DNA of 64,000 bases from Stylophora pistillata. Taxonomy: Eukaryota. The position numbers and the translations under genes are program-made. Positions 14,901 to 26,900 of the stretch are shown here, in pieces (the first letter of the stretch is position 1; each line of letters starts with the position of its first letter). The DNA lies in NCBI RefSeq assembly GCF_002571385.2, contig NW_019217902.1:189664-253663 (forward strand), in the 5' to 3' direction. The notes under the pieces are model-generated. The model did no database searches. It was not told where the DNA came from and was given only the letters and a program-made list of their open reading frames with translations.

Positions 14901-17900
14901 TGGTATGTGGCAGTGATGGAGAAACTCATACGGTTTACACAAACGAGTGCTTTATGAGAGTCGATTCCTGTAAAAAAGGCAAAAGAATAGCTCCAGTTAT
15001 TCCTAGCAAATGCGGTGAGTTATTTACTGAGATAGTCACCCCGTGTCTTTCGTGACTCAGATTAATTTGCTTTATCTTTTTACTTATTTATGATCTATAA
15101 CTGTTGATGACAATTTTCAATGGCTTCCACAGATCCTTGTGATTCGGCCAGCTGTCACAGCTTTGCTACTTGTAAAGCGAGGAACAACAAAGCAGTGTGT
15201 GTCTGTCCATCGCATCGTGACTGACCATGGAAAGTTGACTTGATCTGTGGTTCTGATGGCCAGAGTTACCTTAAGGAGTGCGTCATGAAAGCAAAGGCTT
15301 GCAAGGCCGGAAAGGAGGTCACTGTCAGAAGGAAGGGGTATTGTGGTGAGTAGTTACCAAAAACACTATGCTTCAATGACTTGCTTCTTATTTTTAAAGA
15401 TTGACCGTCTGACAAGATGACTGACAGGCTGACTTGCTGGTTGACTGGTAAACTGACTGATAGACGGACGAACGGAAGGACTGACTCACTAAGTGACTTA
15501 CTGGCTGACTGATTGACCGGAGTGGTGGCCGGTTGAGTAACTGGTTTAGTGGCCAGTTGACTGACCAACTGTGTTGACTCAATGACTAACTGACAGACTT
15601 AATGTTTGACTGACTTACTTCGAATCCCGTACAGGCCTGATTTCTTTTTTTTTTCAGGTCTGATTTTCGCTATTGCATAAATTAGCGCTCTCTACTGCGA
15701 GGATCGTGCATCATACGTATCTATAACCGCAGTTCAAAAAAATATAGGAACTTCATATATTCATCATATCTGATTTATTATCACGGGTTTATTGCGAATC
15801 AACGTAACGGCCTGATCCCAGTTGACTTGTTATTTCAATTGGTAGTGCGCTGCACTAGTATCGTAGAGGTCAGTGGTTCAAATCCCGTACAGGCCTGATC
15901 TTTTTCAGGTCTGATTTTCGCTATTGCATAAATAGCGCTCGCTATTGCGAGGATCGTGCATCATACGTATCTATAACCGCAGTTCAAACTATATTAACTT
16001 CATATATTCATCATATCTGACTTCCTAGCTATTGACTAATTAGCATATCAACTGGTGGACGAAACAATAAAAGCTATAGATCACGAACTCTTGCCAAATG
16101 AATTAAAGCTTTAAGTAAAAAAACTTTCCCTCTTAAATTCATTCTTTAATGAATCAACTTCTCACTTTCCTTTTTTCAGTTTCATGAATATCCAAGTTTA
16201 TTCACCGTTTCTTTATGTTCGATAGGTATTTGTGATTTGGTAACATGTGCTAAAAACGCCGTATGTTTCATAAAATGAAACGGCCTCCACGAGTGTCGCT
16301 GCCCAAAAGACAATGAATGTCCGTCGACACTTGCTGAAGTTTGCGGAAGTGATGGCAAAACCTATGACAATGAATGCAAACTGAAATTACAATCGTGTAA
16401 GGTGGACGGCAGTCTTGTGGTCATGAAACAAGGACGCTGCGGTAAGGACGTAGTTTTGCTTTTCAGTTAAAACAGTCAAGACTCTGCAGTCGCCAAGGGG
16501 TTCAATTTTGGCCGGTTGCGCGCCAATAAAAACGTTGAAGGAAAACACAAGAAAAACTGTTGTCACGAAAAATATGGGAAAAATGATTGAACGTACGTTC
16601 ACACAAATATGTGAAAGGAAAAGAAGAGAAATGGTAGACTAGAGAATTTGAGAAAGCATGCATAAGGGGTTTGCGGTTCATTTACCAATTTGTTTTGAGC
16701 TTTGTCAAAAAAGTTACATGGTTTTGAAATAATGGGACATACTGGCTTGTGTGCTTATGTATAATTCTTGTTAAAAATGATCAGCACAGATGAATTGGAG
16801 GTAGGTGCCTAGAAGCTGTGTCAGGTCGCGCACTGGCCACAGCTGAAGTAACCATGGGAACGAAACTCCGGTCCACCTCAGGCACCCGTCACACTGACCC
16901 TGTCAGTGGAATTGTTTATACTTACCGAACTTGAACTATCCGAGGTGAGGGTGGGAGGGAAGACACAAGAACGAACCAAAGGCACGACGTTGGAGCGCGC
17001 TATGCCAACGTTAAGAGGCTACGTGGCCCTGCCATCAATTCAGGACCCCCACCCCCCACATTCTATCTCAAAACTGCTGACCAGAATGAGCCGGTAATAT
17101 CAAAGAAACGAGATAGAACATCGAGACTTGTAACATTTGGCGCCACCAACAGCTCCAGCGTCATTGAGAGGCGAGGGGCAGCAAACAGCCCAAGCCTGGC
17201 TGGCCACATCAATGCCTGCGCGAGGCCTGATGTTGGTGGAAAGAGAGCAGCAGCCTGTGCCTGATTTTAACTTTGTTTAAATTGCATTTAACCACATTAA
17301 AACAACTTGGTTCTGACATCCTGAGACAACGTTTGACTGCTGGTCCATCGCTGTAGATTGTAGAGTAGCCTCAGAAACGTCTAATGTTGCTGTCTTTGCA
17401 TTTTTTCAGATGATTGCTCGGAAATGAAATGCCCACCGAGCCAAGTCTGTAAAGTGATTCAAAGCGTGGCCAAGTGCCAGTGCCCCGATATACGCGACTG
17501 CAGCTATATTCCAGCGCCGGTCTGCGGTTCAGACGGTATTGAGTATCCTAACGAATGTCATCTTAAGGTCAAGTCTTGTTCCACTGGCGGTGGATTGGTC
17601 GTAGTTAACAAAGGCCCGTGCGGTAAGTCTGGCGACCGGCACTTGCCCGTGTCTCATGTTTTATGACACGTGCGTCATGTCTAGGGACAGATTCTACTTT
17701 TTCATTTGTCAGGCGCGTGAATTTCCGGTGTTCTCAGACTTACTTTAATTTAATTTTTGAAAAAAGGCTTTACATTTACGGTTTAATTTTCAAGATCTAG
17801 ACTGTGTATGGAAAGGAAAAATTAACTAATTAAGAAATGAAATAAACCTGCAGCTTAAGCCGAGATGCAAAAAGAGCTGGATTTACATAATTTAAGATTC

Positions 17901-20900
17901 ACATTATTTAATTTGGTTTGCCAAAATTGTGTATCACTGCAATCGGGGAATTCACAGTTTTAACGCAAGCCTTTGATATCTCACTCACGGATTAAAGTCG
18001 GGAGAGTGAAATTGATTGTTTTGAAAAAGCCTCAAAGACTGTTCACAAGATGTAAATGAACCTGTTGGACGTTTCGGGTCAATTGAACTTGAAACGTAAT
18101 CCTTTTATATATCTTTTTTCTTCTGTTTCACCAGTGGGTGGCTGTCGCCTCGTGAGGTGTCCAATTTACGCAGTTTGTCACAACGCTCCCGATGGGTCTC
18201 ACACTTGTGTGTGTCCGAAGAAACAGGACTGTCTGCCAGTAATGAAGACAGTGTGTGGCACAGACGGTAAAACGTACATCAACGAGTGTCTTATGAAAGC
18301 CATCGCCTGTGAGAGGAAACAGAAGACTGAGAAGAGGAAAGATGGACTGTGTGGTACGAAAACTTAATTGCATACTCAGAACAGCTCACACCCGCAAACC
18401 ATTGAAAACGTTACAGAATGCGGAGGAAAGTCGCGATTTTAGGGGTACTGGATCGAATCAAGTCCTTATGGGGGCAAGGCCCTATGTCCAAAATACCAGG
18501 AGTGTGCTATCAGTAAAATTGACGATCCAATGAAAAGTAACTGTGTATAGATCCGAACTTCGTCGAATAAGTACGATTCTCTCTATCAAGCCCGCTTTTT
18601 TCATCTTTTTTTTTTTATCTGCTATATTTGAAATGAATTATGCTGTGTTTTATTCACGCATGATCACTACATATTATTGAATGGAATAGTTTAATTTATT
18701 TTAATTTCAAACGTTTTACAACCGTTGGCCACTGCTCGCGTGTTTTGCAGATGCATGTAAGTTTGTAGCCTGCCAGAAGCACAGAAAATGTGAGGTGGTA
18801 GCGGACGGCTCCACTCAGTGCGTGTGCCAGGTACGTGCTGAATGCCCAGTTGGAGGAGATCCCGTATGTGGAAGTAACGGTAACACGTATGATAACGAAT
18901 GTCACTTCAAGGCCGATGCCTGCGGAAGTGACTTGAAGATGAAGAAAGGAAGATGCGGTAAGAAGGAAATATTCTTTTGCCTTTCGTTCATGTGAGGAAT
19001 TGAAACAATATCTCAGTTACGTAGTGATTGCTTTGGAGAGGAAGTCTCCAACCCTTGATCTTTGATTTAGGGTATCTCCAGCGAAAAATTCCTGATTCAC
19101 CAAAGTCTAATGAGAAACCGTGAAGTTTTTTATTACAACTATTTTTTTCAGGCGAAAATGTTGATAGTTGTTTATTGTCAGCCATTATTTTTATTTAATT
19201 CTGGAAAACATTTATCTGACGTAACAGTGGCATGTAAGTTATGGATTCAAATAAAGCTATACTGTTTTGAGTGGTTAGAGATATAGCTTCAATATCAAAA
19301 TTAAGACAGGAGCAACTCTTAAACCTCAATACACCGTTTCACTGTGAATGAAATCGCTAAATCTATTACCAGAACTCGACGAAGTGATTAGAATTACCTG
19401 CGGCAGACCAGAGGGGGCTGAGGTTGGGAAGTAATTGTAGTAGTCACTTCGTGTTGCGTTAACTGGCATATTTATCGTACGTGCACGTGGTCGGCCATCT
19501 ACCGAGTATCAACCGGCTATCGGCCGAGTATCGACCGATTATTGATACGCCTATTTACCCATGGAATATCAGTCGATATGGGTGATAGTGATGACCGACG
19601 TTACACATAATCCAGAAAGCTTAGGCGATTTGGGGTCGTGGGGAAAATGTTTGAAAACGCTAATCTTGTCGCTTTTATGTTATCCAGATGCATGCTCCTT
19701 CCATCAGTGTAAGCCGTATCAAGACTGTGTTGTAGTTGACAACAAAGCGAAGTGCCAGTGTCCCAGAAGATGTTCGTCCGATGAAGATCGAGTGTGTGCC
19801 AGCAATGGGAAATCTTACACAAACGAGTGTCTGATGAGGGCAAAGGCGTGTAAGGCTAGAAGACAGCTCACTGTGGTGAAGAAAGGGGAATGCGGTAAGA
19901 GACTATCTTATTCTAAATCTATTCTTTTCTCTGAAATACATACTAACTGAGTTCGAGGTCCGTACGATTTTATGGCCTAACCGCTAACCGCGCGTCATAT
20001 ATCTGAACGAAAAAAAAAAACGAGGCACGGAGCAAGAAACAGCGATCAGTAAAATATATATGATATCTGTGGGTTCAGGTGGGGAGGAGAATTTCAACTC
20101 AAACAGACTTCAAAACTTAGCGGGCTGCACAGTGAAGTAAGGCCCGCTAATTGACCAATCATAACACGCAATAAGTGAGATCTATAATAAACCTGGTAAT
20201 CCTGAGGTAAATCCGAGCGATTTGATTGGTTCTTACCTGGTCGAGATTTAGCCACACGGACTTTTTTCAAGGAAACGGTCATAAGCCGTGTATCTTATTG
20301 TTCGCTAAAGCTGGCAAATACGAAATAAACAGGTTTGGTTCGAGTGACATATGATAAACTGCTTAGTAACCTCAGTTGCATAAGCCATACTGTGTAAAGC
20401 TGCCACGACCTTTAGTGCGGTCCTCACGCTTAGTCTGTAAGACGTTTTATTTTTAATTATTGGAATCTTTTCCTCCTTCAACCTTTAAAACAAAAGGGTG
20501 CTTTAAAGGAATACTAGCTTTCAAATTTTGCACGAGACAGTGTTCCTTTTAAAGAGTATAAAATGTGTTTGTTTTGTTTTTAACAGATGCGTGCGCCCTG
20601 AAAAGATGTGATTTATATCAAAGATGTGTCCTTGATAGTAACAACCAAGCAAGATGTGTTTGCCCTTCTCCTCTCCAGTGCCTGCGCAGCCAAGTAGCCT
20701 CGCCTGTTTGTGGTAGTGACGGTATAACCTACGCTAGTGAGTGTGCGCTGAGGGCAGCAAACTGCCCAAAACGATTGAAGGCTCGCTTGCTGTTTAGGGG
20801 AGAGTGTGGTAAGTTAATCAAAGGCAATGTGGCTCTATAATTCCGAAGACTTGCAGATCACGTGAAGTATTTTGGATTATTTTACTTCCAGTAATGGGAG

Positions 20901-23900
20901 AACCATTTAAAAAAAAAACCTTATTAGATTCTTCGCTTGCTTCAAGCCGTCGCGTTAATGAAAGTTACTTGCACTTTTGTCGGTTTTTTGACTCATTGTT
21001 TAACATTTGCACCGATTGGAAATAATATATTTTTGTTTATGATGAGAAAAAATTCTGGGAAGTTCTCTCCAACTGTGCTTGGACGTTATTTTTTGGAATA
21101 GTGTTCTTCTAATTAGAAAAAAAAAAAGCTACTAAGTATTCCTTTAAACAAGCATTGTCGTTGTTATCTTTTTTTCCTCTCGTATTAAAATTTCCAGGAA
21201 AACTTAATTCTCGTCTTTTTTCAAATAAATGAGAATTATTTCAATTTACTTATTCTACAGGTTTGGTCGTGCTACCATGCTCAAGTACCTTTTGTAGGTA
21301 TGGCGCCAGGTGCGGCTTCACAAAAGGTTACCCAGAGTGTGTATGTCCCATGGAAATTGATTGTGCGTCAGAAAAAAACTATGTGTGTGGTAGTGACGGA
21401 AGAAGATATGACAACCCATGTGTGATGGCGGCCAGAGCTTGTCAGATGAGAAAGGAAGTTACAATCGTAGAATTCGGTGAAAAATGCGGTACGATGAAAA
21501 TTTTACCAAACTGTATGACGTTAGTAATAGTGTTATGTGTAGCTTTGGATTTCGTGTTCTGAAAGCACGCATCTTTTGCTCCGATCAGTATCTTGTGCTT
21601 TTGCGCAAACAGTGAGCTCTTGCCAAGCCGTCTTCTACCTGAGAGTTAAACAAGTGCCCGTACATTACTTCGGGCTGAGGTTTTTAACCCACGATGGATC
21701 AGCGTCTCATCCAAGAGAGTTTTTAGTTAGACTGTGACGATCTGAATATTTTTGAGTAAATAGTTTAGACTCATCTTTTTAGGGAAGCTTTTTTAAAAAA
21801 TACTTTTAGACATTTTTCTTTATAGACATTTACCATCAAGCTTGATGATCTGAATGTTTTTGTTTTGCTTTTTTTTTTTTTTTAAGACAAGAATCATCTT
21901 TACTGTTTACTACATTTATAAATTTTACCTGTAGTAGTTTCAAGGTAAGTTTCGATTCTTGCATCATTTGTTGACATTTTATCGTTAATTCTCCAGGAGC
22001 ATGTCGACAAGCAAAATGTGAGAGGTTCTTTGCCGAATGTCGGTTTACGGACACAGGTCTGGCAACTTGTGTTTGTCCTGAGGAGAATCAGTGTCCTTTG
22101 GAAAGTGATGAAGTGTGTGCTGATGATACCATCACGTATCGCACAGAGTGTCATATGAGGGCGAATTCCTGCAAGAATAAGGTTCCTCTTAGAGTTGTCA
22201 AGAAAGGACCCTGTGGTACGTGTTACACTTAAGTTAATAAACCTGCTGTGGACGTTATTAGAAAATGTATTCAGTTTCAGGCTTGAATTACAGCGAGAAT
22301 GATCGCTCATAAGGTGATGCATGCGCTGTAGGTCGCATAACATAAAGAAGACCAACACAGTGCAGTCGAGACGTTACAATCCCGCGAAGAAACGACTAAT
22401 AGTCAAACTAAAGACAAGAAGTGATTAAAAATGTTATTGACAACCAAGTGAACTAAGACAGTGCGGAAAGTTGAAATTGAGTGCAAACAGTTTAAAATGA
22501 ATGCTTTAAGGTGATATAAACCTTTTCACCTCTAGTGGTGCTAAGCTTCTAATGTATAGAGAACATGATGGAGAATGTATATACTGATGCTCATCACCAA
22601 CTAATGAAGTCAATTTGAGTGTAAATAACAAGTCGATAGTGGTGTAGCGTGGTCTGTACTCTTATCGACAATTGAGTTATTCTCTTCTTTTTCTTTTTTC
22701 TCGCTGCGCAACTCGCCTCGACTAGTGCACGCTATATGCGAGTTGTACATGTTCTACTTTTAAATATAAAAACATTAATAAAGTTTGTTCGTTTGTTGAT
22801 CGTCATCACTATGGTCAAAATGTTTTGGAGTCACGAGGTGCAGCTGATATATATCGTTATCGATATGAATACGTACCACGCTAAATAAATGTCAATTTGT
22901 TTTTCATCTTACTATCGACGTCAGAGAAAATTATTTTTTCGGCGCGTGACACGTTGACGCGAGCAACGTTGTCTGTGCTCTTATCGACAACGGCAATTTG
23001 GCCAATCAGATTATGACGTTAACACCGATTCTGGTTAAAATTTGAAATAGATAAGCACTCGTCTGTTTTTCAAAGACTACAAACTTCGCCTGCTTTCCGA
23101 CTCTAATTTTTTAAACCTCTGAGCAGCTCACCCTTGCGAAATCGTTTGATTACCTAAGGAAAATCGACCAAACCTTAACAGCAATTTATCAATTGTTTGT
23201 GTACCCAATCACAGCTCTTGCCCAGCCAACTTTTTAACGTATTTTAATTTTTTTCCATGTAAAACAGTAACTTGTAAAGAGATCAAGTGTGAATTCTACG
23301 GCAAATGTGTCAAGAAAGATAGAAAACCCGTGTGTCAGTGTTCTAAAAAAAAGGATTGTCCTCCTTCAAAATATCCCGTATGTGGATCCGATGGCAAGCA
23401 ATACATCAGTACGTGTGAAATGGAGGTGGAATCGTGCAATAACAAAAGGTCCATCACAGTCAAGAACAAAGGAGTGTGTGGTATGTGCAAATGTTCATAC
23501 GTTTGTTTATTATGTTGATGTTGGGTTTATATCCAGGGTATGTGGTGTGGTGTACCTGTCGATGCAGCAGAAGCCCTCTAACTCGAACTAGAAAGATTAA
23601 CGAACAATGGTTCAAGTTATCGGGATTGGTGATGAATTTCAACTATCCCGTTGGGAATGAAGGTCCTTTTTTTTTTCAGCTGATAAGTTTCATATCTTGT
23701 ACGCATGTCTTATTCCTCGATTATTTTTACTCTAAACAATGTTTCTTTCCTATTCTTTTTTTCATGACTTTCACGGATTTCTTTCCGACACGATTCAGAA
23801 CGAGGTAAGTTAAACAGGTAGAAAACTCAACATCTATTCATGTTTCCAGCACTATTGAAGCAACTACAACAAAAGAAAGGAATTATGCGTTGTACGCGTT

Positions 23901-26900
23901 AGTCTGAAGCGCAATTAGGGCTTCTAAGCAATACATCTTGGCATGATCGTCTGACTGAGGTACGTCCTGAGGAGTTTTTGACAAAGAACATGAGCAGAAG
24001 ACGTTGTGAAAGTTAAGTAAGGACGACCGCGTCAGCGGAATGCTTTTAGGTCTGTTTGGTCAGTAAAGCTGATTTTATCGGCTCAAGTAACCTTGGTGAG
24101 CTGTGATTGGTCAGTTTCGACCGTCCGACAAAATTAGTTCGTTCAGTTCGTCCGTCCGTCTATAACGGTTTCTTCTGAACATAAAAGGACTCACTTTACA
24201 GCGACAAGAGCAAAGATTGCTTCTTTTTTCTATTCACAAACCGTGTCTTCATTCCTGTGCGTTGTCAATTATGTCTTTTATGTAATTGATGTACATGTAA
24301 TCATCTCTGCTCATTAACTTAGCAACTGTTGTTCTTTAGAAACTATTTTCTCCACAGGAAATGAATAGATAGAAAAAAGCTATAGGAATATTACTCAATT
24401 TGTCAAAAACGCAATCAACGTGTAGTTGTATTCTTCGCAAATTTATCTAAAGGATGGTATGATTTTCAAAGGTCTAAAACTAGTTTTCGACAAAAGAAGG
24501 TCCTGTGGTAACACACATCCTGACAACTTGATCTACGCCTTGCGTGCCTATGTTTTGAATTACTATCGGAAGTTCAAACTTCAACTCATTGCGTTTCGAT
24601 GTATTCTGTTGGAATCTTTTTCTGCAGTTTGCTTTCAACACTCTTTTAATATATCTTGTTCTCTCCTAACTTAAAAATGTTACTTTGTGTCATCGATTTT
24701 CCATCCTTCCCACACAGAAAATCCATGTTCTACAAAACTGTGTCCATCATACGCTGAGTGTACGCTCGACAGTAACAGAGAGCCGCGGTGCTCATGCGTG
24801 AAGCGGTGCTCTTTCAAATATGATCCCATATGTGCCAGCGATGGCAAAACATATGTGAATGAATGCTTGTTTAAAATCACAGCCTGTGTACTGAATGGGA
24901 ACCTAACCATGTTACACGAAGGCCAATGTAGTGAGTTTTAATGTCTTCTTAATTTCCTTCTTTGTGAGTCAAGGTAATGATATTTTCATGTCACTGATAT
25001 TGCTCTTGAGCTATCTTGGAGCAATCTTGAAATTGTTCTTGTGAACGTCTTTTTGCAATTGCTCTGGCGTGCCTCTTGCCATAATAAGCGTTTATTTATA
25101 TGATCATGTCTTTTCTTTTATGCAGTTGTCTCTAAGACATCAACTGAACGATGTCTATCAGCAAATGATCTTTCGATATCTCCAACGAGATCCTCATGAT
25201 TTCACCTTGTACTTTTAATTGTTCTTCGTATCTTTTTAATAATTCGACTGTTTTCTCTGCTGCGTATATTCAGTCATTTTCTCTTTATTTTCCTCTGCTT
25301 TTTCTTTACACTTTCTCAGCGCCATGTTCTACTGTCACGTGTCAGCGCTATGCAAAGTGTGTGTCCAATAATGATACCACCCTTGGCGTGTGTGTCTGTC
25401 CTCGTGACTGTTCCTATGAACCACGCCCTGTATGTGGCAGTGATGGAGAAACTTACATCAACGAGTGTCAATTGAAAGTTACCTCATGTAATCGGAAAGC
25501 GAACGTGTCCGTTATTCGTGCGGGGGATTGCAGTAAGTTCTCATTTACCTTTTTTCTATCCTTTGGATCTCAATTCTTTTAGCTTGTCCAGCACTAAAAG
25601 AAATATCTATATTATCTATTTTCGTAGAAGTCTACTCTTGATCCAAGTCACGTTATCCTCAAACAGCCTTGCTCAAAAATACATGACCTTCTATTCATTT
25701 TCACCCATTTAGTCAGGGTGTAGTTGTCATAGCCTCAATCAATTCTAATTCCGCTTTGCTTAACTTTTTTTCTGTCCATCTCTCTCTTTACCTTCTTAAT
25801 TCCATTGTTACCTCTCAGATCCTTGTTACTCCAAGACCTGTCCGCCATATGCTAAGTGTGTTTCTCAGTCCCAGACCTCCGCCGTCTGCGTATGTCCCGG
25901 CAAATGCCCACTGGTTTATAACCCAACTTGTGGCACGGATCGCAAGAGTTATTTCAACCTGTGCGCTCTCCATCTGGAAGCTTGTCAATCAAATATAAAC
26001 ATCACAGCAGCTTACAAGGGAACGTGTGGTATGCGACCATCACCTGTCATTTTCATCTTCACTTCAACGTGTAATTCATAAGGGATTTCACTTTCTTCTT
26101 GTGCCTTTTCAAAACATTTCATTTCGGTTATGGATAGCCTCTTTTCGACGCAACACTGAGGCTTCAGCGGTCAGAACGTTGGAGTCTTGATCGAAAGATT
26201 CTGGTTTGATCCTCGATTGCTTCATTGTGCTGTGTTCTCTGGGAAGACTGTTCTCTTACAGTACCTTTCTCCACCCAGGAGAGTAAATGAGTCCTGGTAA
26301 ACTGTTGGGGAATCTCGATGCATCCAATCCAGGGGGAGGAACATTTAAAGTCGTCATTTCATGTCCTGGAAACTGGTGATAAGTACGGGTAGTCATAAGC
26401 CGCGAAGCTTGTAAAATATAATCTCCTTTCTATCATGTAGTAAAAATAGTTGAAGTTTGTTCTCGAGCCAATGGTCCGCCCAGCTACCCACCTTATCCCG
26501 GTTTCGAGGAGTATTACTTCTCCCCCCTGAATGGAATGCCAGGCTATCGCAAAGTTCCTTCCCCCCTCCCCCTTCTCGCACATCATCAGACTTCCCTAGC
26601 AGGTCGCCGGTACCCATATACACTCCTGGGTGGGGAGGGGTGCTATGAGGGTACAATGTTTTTCCTGAAAACACAACACATTGACCCATTAAGCATTGAC
26701 TGTGAGACCAGCGCCTCTGCTTTTCTGAATTCAAAACGAGTATTTGATGATCTCGTTCTTCTTCTAACTTTTCCTCTCTACTCTTGGGTTTTTCTTCCTT
26801 TGGCTCACTTTTCCTTCTTTTCTTTTTCCCCAACATCGCTCTTTCTCCTTTGGTGTTGTAGACAGTCCCGAGAATCCTTGCGCTCTCACGAGCTGTCCAC

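Noticed and set aside
15222-15224. Selenocysteine at the TGA aligned with a Kazal Cys
   Set aside because: The position is a structural disulfide Cys, the neighbouring exon's TGA is not at a Cys, and I saw no SECIS in the 3'UTR. The hairpin at about 42603-42632 pairs ATGAT/ATCAT and lacks the GA quartet. SECISearch was not run.
15820-15897. Functional tRNA gene
   Set aside because: tRNA-like A and B boxes lie within a tandem repeat unit with a degenerate cloverleaf; this is a tRNA-derived repeat.
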